A DNA stretch of 64,000 bases from an uncultured bacterium (GCA_963749495.1 CAVVMW010000022.1:448001-512000); one strand, 5' to 3'. Shown: positions 10,405 to 19,479, numbered from the stretch's first letter. The notes: generated by a model from the letters alone, not told the origin. Numbers and translations: made by a program.

Positions 10405-10658
10405 GATCTGATACTGCGATCTGATACTATATGCCCGAAAATGGGTCCGTTTGGGGGCGAAATGGGGTCGAACATGAACAACTCGCAAGCGGAGATCAGG
10501 CTCGTCAGTATTGATGATTCCTCGTGTGTCCACTTGAGGGCACAACTATTAGTTCCGATTATGAGTCGCCTGCTCTAACCCCTGAGCTATGGGCCCAACA
10601 AATTGAAAATCAATGACTTGCAGCGGCTGTGAAAATGCGGGCCGACCATTTGATACTG
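10405..10658. repeat. Putative integrase arm-type sites flanking a half-tRNA att core
   Basis: GATCTGATACT directly repeated at 10405 and 10418; related TTTGATACTG at 10649 on the other side of the tRNA fragment. Confidence 0.45.
10556..10596 (-). pseudogene. 5' half of tRNA-Ile2/Met (CAT anticodon); att-like remnant, no 3' half
   Basis: Minus strand GGGCCCATAGCTCAGGGGTTAGAGCAGGCGACTCATAATCG: acceptor 5' strand, D-arm and anticodon loop CTCATAA like ileX-type tRNAs, then similarity stops. Confidence 0.8.
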
Positions 10659-10678
10659 TTTGCACGAAAACTGATCAA

Positions 10679-10813
10679 ACAAACCAAAACGCAGCCAGCG
10701 GCACTCAGTTGAACCGGGTGAAAACGCCGGTCGCCAATCTAGCCCGTTACAAGCCATCAGGGACATACTTCGCCCGGGTGCGCATCCGGGGCAAGCTCTT
10801 TCTGCATATCTGA
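10679..10813 (+). pseudogene. N-terminal remnant of a tyrosine integrase
   Basis: KTPVANLARYKPSGTYFARVRIRGKL resembles the arm-binding N-terminus of verrucomicrobial integrases; truncated, beside the tRNA fragment. Confidence 0.65.
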
Positions 10814-11313
10814 AGCGAAGGAAGATGGAGCCGGTCAAGCGCAAGAGGTTCAAGGACCTCGTGCCCCCTGCTTGTTGTTAAGGAGGAGTTCGACCTGGGC
10901 ATTCGAAATGAAACCCCGACCCAACGCGAGGGACGGCATCGTGGATGGAACGGGACGGGCTTCGGACCCGGAGCGGGTTGAGCAGAATTAAATCTCGGAT
11001 ACTTCCGCTGCTCTGTCGGCCCCGTGGGCTGAAAACAGAGAATCCTAGTGATTTCACATACCTGGCGGCGGCGTGAGCCTTTGGCCTGGCACCATGAATG
11101 GGCTGGGCGGGCTGCGCCACGGCCAGGATGCTTTCAGGGAGTCGCCTGCACTGTCCCGATTGTGCGGCCCAGGCGCAGCCGGGAGCTGGAAAGGGACCAC
11201 CGACTAATTCAAACGCCACCCAGGGCAAACTCGGGCCATCAGTGCTGCCTCAAGAGCGTCCGCTGACTCTCCCTTCGGGGGCTTCTTGAACAGAAAAGGC
11301 TGCAGGACCTATA

Positions 11314-11529
11314 TCAGTTCCGGGGACGCAAGGTCCACAGGATGGCAACGCCTAGGCCAGCCAGAGCGAACGTGCTAGGCTCGGGAATGGCGGTCATAAC
11401 CAGGTCCATGCCGGCGCTCGTATCCCACCCTGTGATTCCAGCGGGGCTGGGCCTTCCGCCCACCAGCGTGTAGTCAGCAGTAGCGTTCACGAAGGCGACT
11501 ACACCAGTACGGGTATTCGCCTCTGTCAT
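11314..11529 (-). pseudogene. C-terminal fragment of a PEP-CTERM protein
   Basis: IPEPSTFALAGLGVAILWTLRPRN sorting signal; no signal peptide or N-terminal region. Confidence 0.75.
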
Positions 11530-11563
11530 CCGCGCGCCGAAGGCCTAAACCGGGACAGCCAAG

Positions 11564-11782
11564 TCAGCGGATCTGATCGGCTTGGAGAGTGGCCCGGTAT
11601 TCTTCCTCGGTTAGGCCTCTGACCCGCCCGGTGGCGATGTCCTCGATTCGGCGGATGCCCTCGGTGACTGCTTCATTCAGCGACGCGGGTTCCACCACGC
11701 TCTCAACCAGGCGACGGGCCAAATCGAGCCGTTCTTCGGGCGGCAATTCAAGTGCGATACGGACCAATTCTGCTGAACCCAT
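11564..11782 (-). CDS. Addiction module antitoxin (Unstab_antitox family), cognate toxin absent
   Basis: ALELPPEERLDLARRLVESV...EGIRRIEDIATGRVRGLTEEE. Confidence 0.8.
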   Translation of the reverse strand: MGSAELVRIALELPPEERLDLARRLVESVVEPASLNEAVTEGIRRIEDIATGRVRGLTEEEYRATLQADQIR

Positions 11783-11872
11783 GCTTGAAATTTACCTCGT
11801 AGCCGGCTGAAAACAAGCCCCTAAACGTCTCCGCTGGGTGCGAGACAAAATAGTAACCATTAGACCTGTTCA

Positions 11873-11897
11873 TTTCCGCGTATTCCGCGTATTCCGC
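11873..11897 (+). repeat. CCGCGTATT repeat, left arm (completed by GGTT at 12697-12700 once the intron is removed)
   Basis: TTTCCGCGTATTCCGCGTATTCCGC+GGTT is the exact reverse complement of 13148-13176. Confidence 0.85.
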
Positions 11898-12696
11898 TCG
11901 CAGCCCATAAGGCTGCCAGTCCAGCCGGTGGAAGTCCGGCGATGGTAACTGACGATGAACCATACAGTGATAACCGACACGGGAAGGGGCGACCCGACCC
12001 GCGAAAGCTCGGTCGTAAAAGTCCTGGCCGGAGCAGGGCGAGCAACACCTCCAGGCCGTAGCATAAAGCGAAAGCTGCAGCTTCGTTACGCTACCCACGG
12101 GTTCCGGATTCGTGGGATTTGTGACTGCCGAACCGGTGCGAAAACGGCGAAGGCACAACCAACGATGAAGGCATCGTCGCAGGCAATCGTTGGAGTCACC
12201 GGAGTACGGGCGGCGGCATGGGGTGAAAGGACTGGCAGAGTAAATTGGGGACCCTCTGGGGCTGGCGGGTTGGTCCCGCAGCCTGGCGGAATAATGCATA
12301 AGCCGCTGGGTGGCCAACAGAGGCGCACATGTGGCCATAGTAAGCGACGAGCCGACCGGACAGCATAACCGGTTGGGGAGCCAAGGGCCACTGGACCCGC
12401 GGTCGTGGTCAGAGGTTCTCGGTGCCGCTTGGACGCAAGTCCGACTACGGAACAAACGCCGGGGACGGAGATACCGACAGTGACGGCCTATAAGCGGGCG
12501 GTAGCACGCCCGCGAAGGTGGCCGTGGCGTCAGGCGGGTTTGAAGCCGGTACTGGGGAAAACCCACCGTACGGAATTTTAGAGGGGGCAGAGGAAACGAA
12601 GTGGATGGCTTGATGACCGTTTGCCACGATGCCCGAAAGGGCCGATACATTGGAAGTCATTGGCCTAATCATGTTCGCGCCTCTGCTCTACTCGAT
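11898..12696 (+). mobile_element. ORF-less group II intron (~799 nt)
   Basis: Domain V GAAGCCGGTACTGGGGAAAACCCACCGTACGGAATTT (AGC triad at 12544); domain VI GGGGCAGAG...CTCTGCTCTACTCGAT with bulged A 7 nt from an AY end; EBS1 GCGGAATA (12286-12293) complementary to 5' exon TATTCCGC; no RT ORF. Confidence 0.88.
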
Positions 12697-12735
12697 GGTT
12701 CATTCTTCTTCGCAGCTTTGCTAGCCTCACCCGCC

Positions 12736-13143
12736 ATGAAAACCAATCTTATTTACGAGGCAGAATCCTACCAGCTTATCGGCGCGTGCTTGGAGGTTTA
12801 CCGCGAAAAGGGTTGCGGCTTCCGCGAGCCCGTTTATCAGGAGTGTATGGAGATTGAGTTGCGCCTGCGGGGAGTACCGTTTGTCCCCCGGAAGCCCTTG
12901 GCCTTGGAATACAAAGGCTGTCCGCTTCGGGCCAAGGACGAGCCGGACTTCATCTGTCATGAGAAGATCATTCTGGAACTCAAGGCGGTGGGCGAGTTGG
13001 CGGACGAGCATCGGGCGCAGGTGCAAAACTACCTCAAGGCGACCGGGTTCAAGCTCGGGCTGTTGGTCAACTTCGGCCATTATCCCAAGCTCCAAATCGA
13101 GCGCATCGTGGCGGAGCGGGGCCGATACGGCTATGGCACCTGA
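12736..13143 (+). CDS. GxxExxY protein (PD-(D/E)XK nuclease-like)
   Basis: GCGFREPVYQEC motif; DFIC..IILELKAV..H.AQV.NYLKATG..LGLLVNFG. Confidence 0.93.
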   Translation: MKTNLIYEAESYQLIGACLEVYREKGCGFREPVYQECMEIELRLRGVPFVPRKPLALEYKGCPLRAKDEPDFICHEKIILELKAVGELADEHRAQVQNYLKATGFKLGLLVNFGHYPKLQIERIVAERGRYGYGT

Positions 13144-13147
13144 GGGC

Positions 13148-13176
13148 AACCGCGGAATACGCGGAATACGCGGAAA
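13148..13176 (+). repeat. AATACGCGG repeat, right arm (inverted relative to 11873)
   Basis: AACCGCGGAATACGCGGAATACGCGGAAA. Confidence 0.85.
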
Positions 13177-13343
13177 ACAAAGCCGTTCAGCGATCCCGGG
13201 TGGGGATTGGCCGGCATTGGGGGCAGCCCCATTCCTTGCGGTTGCATCCGCATAGATACAATCACCGAAGGGAACAAACAACGCCTGCCTTGGTCTCTTC
13301 AACAGAGGTTACTTTTTTGTCCGGCACCCGTCTCCGCTCCCCG

Positions 13344-14699
13344 CTATGCGGCGGGGAGCTTGTCCCGGTTCTCATAGACCTTGAGGATGGCATCCGCGAT
13401 GTCATCCATGTCCGCGCGGGAGCCCAGGAGCGGGCCGGAGGCCCAGACCATGAGCATCTCCTGGCAGACGCGGTCGCAGTTGGGGCAGGCCATTTCCTCG
13501 CGGAACTGCTGGAGGCGGCGTGCGGAGAAGGCCCTTTGATAGGCCCGGGTCTTGATGACATTCTCGACCCAGGGTTCGCGGTGCAAGCCGCGCTCGATGT
13601 AGGGGCTCAGGCTCACGCCTTCGGCCTCGACGGCCTTGAGGAAACGGGCGCGGTTGATGCCGTTGCAGTGCTCTTTCTTATAGCTCATGGCGTAGATATA
13701 GAAGGAGCCGCTGGCGGTGCCGGGATAGAGTTTCTGGGGAACAAGGGCGGGACAGTCTTTGAGCTTGGAAGTGAGGTAGGCGGCGTTTTGGTTGCGGCAC
13801 TGGAACCGTTCCTGGGCAGTGGCCAGTTGCGGGAGCAGCACGGCCGCCTGGAACTCGTTCATCCGGTACTTGGGCCCGATCGTCTCGGTGCGCCCGCGGC
13901 GGGAGGTCCCGTGGTTGTGGACCGTGTAGCACCGGTCCATGAGCGCCTCGTCGTCGCCCAGGATGGCGCCGCCTTCGCCGCAGGCAATCGTTTTGCTGGT
14001 CTGGAAGCTGAAGCAGCCCAGCGGGGCGATCGTGCCCAGCTTCTTGCCCTGGTACTCGGCCAGGTGCGCTTGGGCGGCATCTTCGATGACGCTCAGGCCG
14101 TGTTGGCTGGCAATGGCCATGATCCGCTCCAGGTGGCAAGGCTGGCCCATCATGTGGACCGGCATGATCGCGCGCGTGTTTCCGGTAATCCTCCGCTGGA
14201 CGTCCTCCGGGTCGAGTTGGAAGGAGGCCGGGTCCAGGTCCGCCAGGATGGGCAGCGCCCGCGCGGAGAGGATGGCCGCGATGGTGCCCGGATCGGTGTA
14301 GGGCGTGGTGATGACCTCGTCGCCGGCGCCGATGCCCAGCGCCTCGACGCACGTGTGCAGGGACTGCGTACCCGAGCCGGTGGCCACGCAAAACCGGCTC
14401 CCCATCAGCCTGGCATACTCCTTTTCGAACGTGGACACCGTCCCCGAGGCGGATTGGATGCGGCACCAGACCCCGCTGCGCGTGGTCTTGACGACCGAAT
14501 CCACGACCTTCTCGTCAACGTAAGGCCATGCCGGCCAGGGCTTGTTCTTCCGCACGGGCTCGCCGCCCAGAATGGCCAGCTTTCCAGCAGTCCGCGTGAT
14601 ATCCGCGCAGACCTTGAGTGGGGACGAGGCCACGGCCGCCAGCGAACTGGCGGAGGCCGCCGCGATGAACTGCCGCCGAGTCAGATTATGCTTTTTCAT
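13344..14699 (-). CDS. DegT/DnrJ/EryC1/StrS PLP-dependent aminotransferase with Tat signal peptide
   Basis: TRRQFI Tat motif; IGAGDEVITTPYT, IMPVHMMG, VIEDAAQAH, FSFQTSKTIACGEGG. Confidence 0.93.
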   Translation of the reverse strand: MKKHNLTRRQFIAAASASSLAAVASSPLKVCADITRTAGKLAILGGEPVRKNKPWPAWPYVDEKVVDSVVKTTRSGVWCRIQSASGTVSTFEKEYARLMGSRFCVATGSGTQSLHTCVEALGIGAGDEVITTPYTDPGTIAAILSARALPILADLDPASFQLDPEDVQRRITGNTRAIMPVHMMGQPCHLERIMAIASQHGLSVIEDAAQAHLAEYQGKKLGTIAPLGCFSFQTSKTIACGEGGAILGDDEALMDRCYTVHNHGTSRRGRTETIGPKYRMNEFQAAVLLPQLATAQERFQCRNQNAAYLTSKLKDCPALVPQKLYPGTASGSFYIYAMSYKKEHCNGINRARFLKAVEAEGVSLSPYIERGLHREPWVENVIKTRAYQRAFSARRLQQFREEMACPNCDRVCQEMLMVWASGPLLGSRADMDDIADAILKVYENRDKLPAA

Positions 14700-14896
14700 G
14701 TCAAGAATGGGGGGTCGAGGTCGAGGGTTGAGGGTCGAGGGACTGGACACCCGAGTCAGATCCGGGACGGAACGCTGGCCCCGGCTTCGCACACAACAAT
14801 GCCCAGAATGAGCGACCCTGTTGCATAGTGCTGTGAAGGATAGGCCGGGGGGACCCCTCCGGCAAGAGGAAAACGGGGCAAAAGCGGCAGAGGACT

Positions 14897-15103
14897 GCCG
14901 CAGTCGGTCGAGAGCACCAGCTTGTCGGCGGGGATGTGCTGGAGGCAGCGGCGGATGCGCTCGGCGATGACGTTGGGGAAATCGGCCTGCAAGGTGCGGT
15001 GGCTGATGACGCCGACGGCGACCTTTTTCTTGAGCGAGCTTTTGTAGCGGTCGAAGAGGGGCAGTTCCTTGAAATTGTTCTCCGTGGCCTCGATGGTCCA
15101 GAT
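14897..15103 (-). pseudogene. Internal fragment of a cobalamin-independent methionine synthase II-like gene
   Basis: KKVAVGVISHRTLQAD....IAERIRRCLQHIPADKLVLSTDCG; bounded by a REP-like element and a heptamer repeat. Confidence 0.75.
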
Positions 15104-15104
15104 T

Positions 15105-15381
15105 AGTCCACAGTCCACAGTCCACAGTCCAGAGTCCACAGTCCAGAGTCCACGGTCCACAGTCCAGACCCAGGATCCCGAGAGCATCGTGGGCCGCCGA
15201 CCACGGACTCTGGACTGTGGACTGTGGACATTTGAGTGCGGAGTGCGGAGTGCGGAGTGCGGAATGGGCCCGGGGGGGCAACGGCTGGAAAATGGGGGTG
15301 ATGAGGGGCTTCCGAATGACGAATGACGAATGACGAATGACGAATCCGGACTGCGGACTGTGGACTGTGGACTCTGGACTA
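15105..15381. repeat. Cluster of 7-bp tandem repeats (AGTCCAC/GTGGACT inverted arrays, GAGTGCG, GAATGAC)
   Basis: Arrays directly visible at 15105-15167, 15203-15229, 15234-15263, 15314-15345 and 15348-15381. Confidence 0.9.
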
Positions 15382-15382
15382 A

Positions 15383-17172
15383 TTAGTGATATTCTTGGAG
15401 CGTCTTGACCCCGTAACCGCTGCGGCGCAGGGCCGCGATGCCCAGGGCGGCGGCTTTAGCCCCGCTCATGGTCGTCATAATGGGCGTGCCCGTATAAACG
15501 GCGGTCGTGCGGATCTTCACCTCGTCGGCGCGCGGGGTCTGGCCGGCGGGGGTATTGATGACAAGCTGGATCTCGCGGTTCTTGAGCAGGTCCACCGTGT
15601 TGGGCCGGCCCTCGGTGAGCTTGAAGACGCGGCGGACCTTGAGGCCGGCCCGTTCGAGGACGGCGGCGGTGCCGCTGGTGGCAATCAGCTCGAAACCCAG
15701 GTCTGCAAAGAGCTTGCCCACCTCGGCCACGTCGTCTTTGTGGGCGTCGCTCACGCTGATGAAGACCCGGCCGCTGAGCGGGAGCGGCCCGCCGGCGGCC
15801 ATTTGGCTCTTGGCATAAGCGATGCCCAGATCCGCGTCCAGGCCCATCACCTCGCCCGTCGAGCGCATCTCCGGCGAGAGCAGGATGTCCTGTCCGTGAA
15901 AACGGTTGAAGGGGAACACGGACTCCTTGACCGCCCAGTACTTGGGCCAGATCTCGCGTGTGTAGCCCAGCTCCTTCAAGGACCTGCCCGCCATCACCTT
16001 GGCCGCCAGTTTGGCCAGCGGCACGCCGATGGCCTTGCTCACGAACGGCACGGTGCGCGAGGCGCGCGGGTTGACCTCCAGGACATACACCTTGCTGCCC
16101 TTGACCGCGTACTGAACGTTCATCAGGCCGATGACCTTCAGTTCGCGCGCCATCGCGTGGGTGTAGTCGCGGATGATCCCGATGACCTCCTGGGAGAGCG
16201 TGTGCGGCGGCAGCACCATCGTTGCGTCCCCCAGTGTACCCCCGCAAACTCGATGTGCTCCAGCAGGGCGCCGATGACAATCGTGCCCTCCGCCGCCTCG
16301 GCAAACCGGCCCACGTCCGCGATGCAGTCCACGTCCACCTCGGTGGCGTCCTCCAGGAACTGGTCCACCAGGACCGGGCGCTCGGGCGAGGCCTCGACCG
16401 CGAAGCGCATGTAGTGCCGCAGCTCGGCGTCCGAATAGACGATCTGCATGGCCCGCCCGCCCAGGACGAAGCTGGGGCGCACCAGGATGGGGTAGCCCAG
16501 GCCCTTGGCCACCTCGATGGCCTCGGCCTCGCTCGTGGCGATGCCGTTGGGCGGCTGCGGGATGTCCAGCTTGCGCAGCATCGCCGCGAAGAGCTTGCGG
16601 TCCTCGGCCACCTCGATGCTTTGAGGGGAAGTGCCCATGATGTTGACCCCGTTTCGCTGCAGGCCCAGGGCCAGGTTGAGCGGGGTCTGGCCGCCGAACT
16701 GGGCAATGGCGCCCCAGCACCGCTCCCGTTCGTAGATGTGCAGCACGTCCTCCAGCGTCAGCGGCTCGAAATACAGCCGGTCGCTCGTGTCGTAATCCGT
16801 CGAGACCGTCTCGGGGTTCGAATTGACCATCAGCGTCTCAAACCCGTCCTCTTTCAGGGCGAACGAGGCATGCACGCAGCAATAGTCGAACTCGATGCCC
16901 TGGCCAATGCGGTTGGGGCCCCCGCCCAGGATCATCACCTTGCGCCCCTCCGAGGCGCGCACCTCGTCGTCGCCGCGGTCGTAGGTCGAGTAATAATAGG
17001 GCGTGTAGGCCTCGAACTCCGCGGCGCAGGTGTCCACCAGCCGGTAACTGGGCACCAGCCCGTGCTCCTTGCGCAAGGCCCGGATCTCGTCCTCGGTCCG
17101 GCCTGTCAAATTGGCGATTTGCCGGTCTGAGAACCCGAGCGATTTGGCCTTGGCCAGTTGTGCTGCGTTCAT
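15383..17172 (-). CDS. carB: Carbamoyl-phosphate synthase large subunit, C-terminal section only; frameshift near 16233
   Basis: [66 protein letters not shown] domain; HSGD broken by a 1-nt deletion. Confidence 0.93.
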
Positions 17173-17245
17173 ATCGTGCAACCAAATCAAACCGGCAAAG
17201 CAAAGCCCACCAGGGGCCGATTGTCCAGTGCCGACTTGCGCCCTG

Positions 17246-17361
17246 CAGAATCATTTGACTTCCGGAAAGAGGCAGAATCATTTGTGGCAAAATCATGGGA
17301 AGGAGGGGCCTGCAGCCTAATCCACCAATCCATCAATCCACCAATCCATCAATCCACCAAT
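17246..17361. repeat. GCAGAATCAT repeats and a CAATCCAY 8-bp tandem array
   Basis: cagaatcattt x2 plus caaaatcat; (caatccac/caatccat) x5. Confidence 0.75.
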
Positions 17362-18656
17362 CCCCCCCTCCCCGCCGCCCCCCGCGCCGGCAACCTCTTC
17401 CGGACCCGCCTTTTGTCCAGCACGGCGCATCGGGGCAGGCCCGCCTCCATCGGCGCCTTGACTTCGCCCTCGATCAAAGGCCGGGCATACTCGATGAATC
17501 TCTCGTTCGGCAGGAAACCGTCCTCGCTAATCCAGTCGCGCGGAACCAGGTGTTCGACATTGGCGATGTCGGCCAGGGGCTGGAGGCCCGTGCTCCACCG
17601 CACGGAACCGCCCGGCTGCGCCTCGCGCACGAGCTTCACCATCTGGCCGCTCTGGCCGGCCATGGCCGCCCTGACCGCCGCCTCGCCGCAGGCCAAGGCA
17701 TTGTTCGCATCGGTGAGGCTGGCCCAGTGCGCGGCAGCCCGCTGGGCGTAACCCAGCATGACCGCCCGCGCCTTGATGCCCAGCTTGCCTTGCACCAGTT
17801 CCCTGAGCTTGCCCGCCGCCCCGGCCAGCACCGGGTGGCCGAAGGCGTCCAGGCGCGCCGCGTCCGCGCCCACCTCCTGGCCGGCTGCGTCGCGGATGCC
17901 CTCGCCCACCACCACAACGCAGTACCTCATCGCCCGGATGGTCTCCCGGACTCTGTCCAGGAACTTCGCCTCGTCAAACGCCACTTCCGGCAGGAGGACC
18001 AGGTGCGGCGGATTGGCCGGCTCTCCGCGCTTGGCCAGAACGGTCCCGGCGGCTATCCAGCCCGCCGAGCGGCCCATCACCTCCACCAGGCAGCAGGCCC
18101 CGTCGTCCGTGGCCATGCTCGCCACGTCCAGGCCCACCTCCATGACCGTCGTGGCATTGTACTTGGCCACCGAGCCGTAGCCCGGGCAGTGGTCCGTGTG
18201 CGGCAGGTCGTTGTCGATCGTCTTGGGGACGCCGATGACGCGCAGTGGGCAGCCTCGTTTGAGGGCCTCCTCATGGAGCTTGAGCGAGGTGTCCTGGGAA
18301 TCGTTGCCGCCGATGTAGATGAAGGCGCCGATATGGTGCGCCTGGAACACCTCGAAGAGCCGGTCCATGTCCCGCGCCGCCTGCTCGGGCCGCTTCTTGA
18401 AATCGAGCTTGTAGCGGCAGGTGCCCAGTGCCGCCCCGGGCGTGTGCCGCAGGCCCTGGATCGTCCGCTTCCTTTCCTCGTTGAGGTCGATGAGGTCCTC
18501 GTTCAGGACGCCCAGGATGCCGTTTGCCCCGCCGTAAATCTCCTCGATGCCGCCGTGCCGCACGGCCTCCAGGATGACTCCCGCCAGGCTCGCGTTGATG
18601 ACGGCCGTCGGTCCGCCCGACTGGGCCACCAATAAATTGCCCGCCGATTCCAACAT
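17349..18656 (-). CDS. pfp: 6-phosphofructokinase family protein, likely PPi-dependent
   Basis: AQSGGPTAVINAS, YIGGNDS (Asp at the specificity position), PKTIDND, EVMGRSAGW. Confidence 0.88.
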   Translation of the reverse strand: MLESAGNLLVAQSGGPTAVINASLAGVILEAVRHGGIEEIYGGANGILGVLNEDLIDLNEERKRTIQGLRHTPGAALGTCRYKLDFKKRPEQAARDMDRLFEVFQAHHIGAFIYIGGNDSQDTSLKLHEEALKRGCPLRVIGVPKTIDNDLPHTDHCPGYGSVAKYNATTVMEVGLDVASMATDDGACCLVEVMGRSAGWIAAGTVLAKRGEPANPPHLVLLPEVAFDEAKFLDRVRETIRAMRYCVVVVGEGIRDAAGQEVGADAARLDAFGHPVLAGAAGKLRELVQGKLGIKARAVMLGYAQRAAAHWASLTDANNALACGEAAVRAAMAGQSGQMVKLVREAQPGGSVRWSTGLQPLADIANVEHLVPRDWISEDGFLPNERFIEYARPLIEGEVKAPMEAGLPRCAVLDKRRVRKRLPARGAAGRGGLVD

Positions 18657-18816
18657 AAAAAACAATTTCCGGGTCGTTTGCCCTCTTTCGAGTCAGTGCC
18701 TGCGACCCGAACGGTCCGGCGCTGGAAAAGGGCGGCAAACCTTGCCTGGCCCCGCCCCCGCTGTCAAAAGGAAACCGCGTAACCGGTCAATGAAGGCGGA
18801 GACAGAGTCCCCGGCG

Positions 18817-18966
18817 GACCCCTCACCCCGGCCCTCTCCCCGTCCGACGGGGAGAGGGAGAAGCGTCGGCAGTCCCTTGAACTTCCAGGCGTCTCTGGTT
18901 TCTCGAGCCGCCACGGAGAATCCGCCCTCTCCCCATCCGATGGGGAGAGGGTTGGGGTGAGGGGTC
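18817..18966. repeat. REP-like inverted pair CCCCTCACCCC..CCCTCTCCC..GGGGAGAGGG..GGGGTGAGGGG
   Basis: Two nested palindromes in inverted arrangement. Confidence 0.8.
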
Positions 18967-19066
18967 TGCCCGCAGTGCCGCTCCTGCCTCCACTGAGGCC
19001 TTACGAAACCGCGCACTTTGCCCTTGCGCCCCGGCCCCGGGCCTGCTTCATTAAGGGCGGCCCTGT

Positions 19067-19151
19067 GCGCATATGGCGGAATTGGCAGACGCGCTACTTT
19101 GAGGTGGTAGTGGAGTAATCCGTGCAGGTTCAAGTCCTGCTATGCGCACCA
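19067..19151 (+). tRNA. tRNA-Leu (GAG)
   Basis: GCGCATA/TATGCGC acceptor stem, anticodon loop TTGAGGT, long variable arm, GGTTCAAGTCC T-arm, encoded CCA. Confidence 0.97.
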
Positions 19152-19211
19152 CCTTCTTTTGAGCAGCGGGAGGGTTTTGACAAGGTTCGACTCTGGAGGC
19201 ACAATCTGGCC

Positions 19212-19424
19212 ATGAAGTCGGAAATCATTTTTGAAGTGACCGAGGCTGAAGAGGGTGGGTGCTGCGCCTCAGCCCTCGGCCTCGGCGTCAGCACGCAAGC
19301 CGACTCCCTCGATGAACTGCGGGCCATGGTGCGCGATGCGGTGGACTGCTACTTCGACGATCCGTCACAGGCGCCGGGGATTATCCGGCTGCACTTCGTC
19401 CGGGACGAAGTTTTGGCGCGGTGA
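19212..19424 (+). CDS. hicB: HicB-like antitoxin (short form)
   Basis: EIIFEVTEAEEGG..ASALG..VSTQADSLDELRAMVRDAVDCYFD..P.IIRLHFVRDEV. Confidence 0.8.
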   Translation: MKSEIIFEVTEAEEGGCCASALGLGVSTQADSLDELRAMVRDAVDCYFDDPSQAPGIIRLHFVRDEVLAR

Positions 19425-19477
19425 AGACCCCCCGGGACATCAGCGGCCCGGAACTGGCCAATGCCCTGCGGAAATGA
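19421..19477 (+). pseudogene. Truncated HicA-like toxin
   Basis: GTG start overlapping hicB stop; MKTPRDISGPELANALRK then stop. Confidence 0.65.
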
Positions 19478-19479
19478 GG

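Noticed and set aside
10030..10560. Group I intron in tRNA-Ile(CAU), as in Azoarcus
   Set aside because: tRNA similarity continues 5 nt past the anticodon, no 3' exon (T-arm/acceptor) is found downstream, and no recognisable group I core is visible
11748..12650. 300-aa minus-strand ORF as an intron-encoded protein
   Set aside because: Antisense to the intron RNA and lacks RT motifs such as YADD
13200..14828. Long antisense ORFs (also 43606-44874, 57073-58779, 25075-26442, 17295-18635)
   Set aside because: Shadow ORFs opposite well-supported GC-rich genes, with no recognisable motifs
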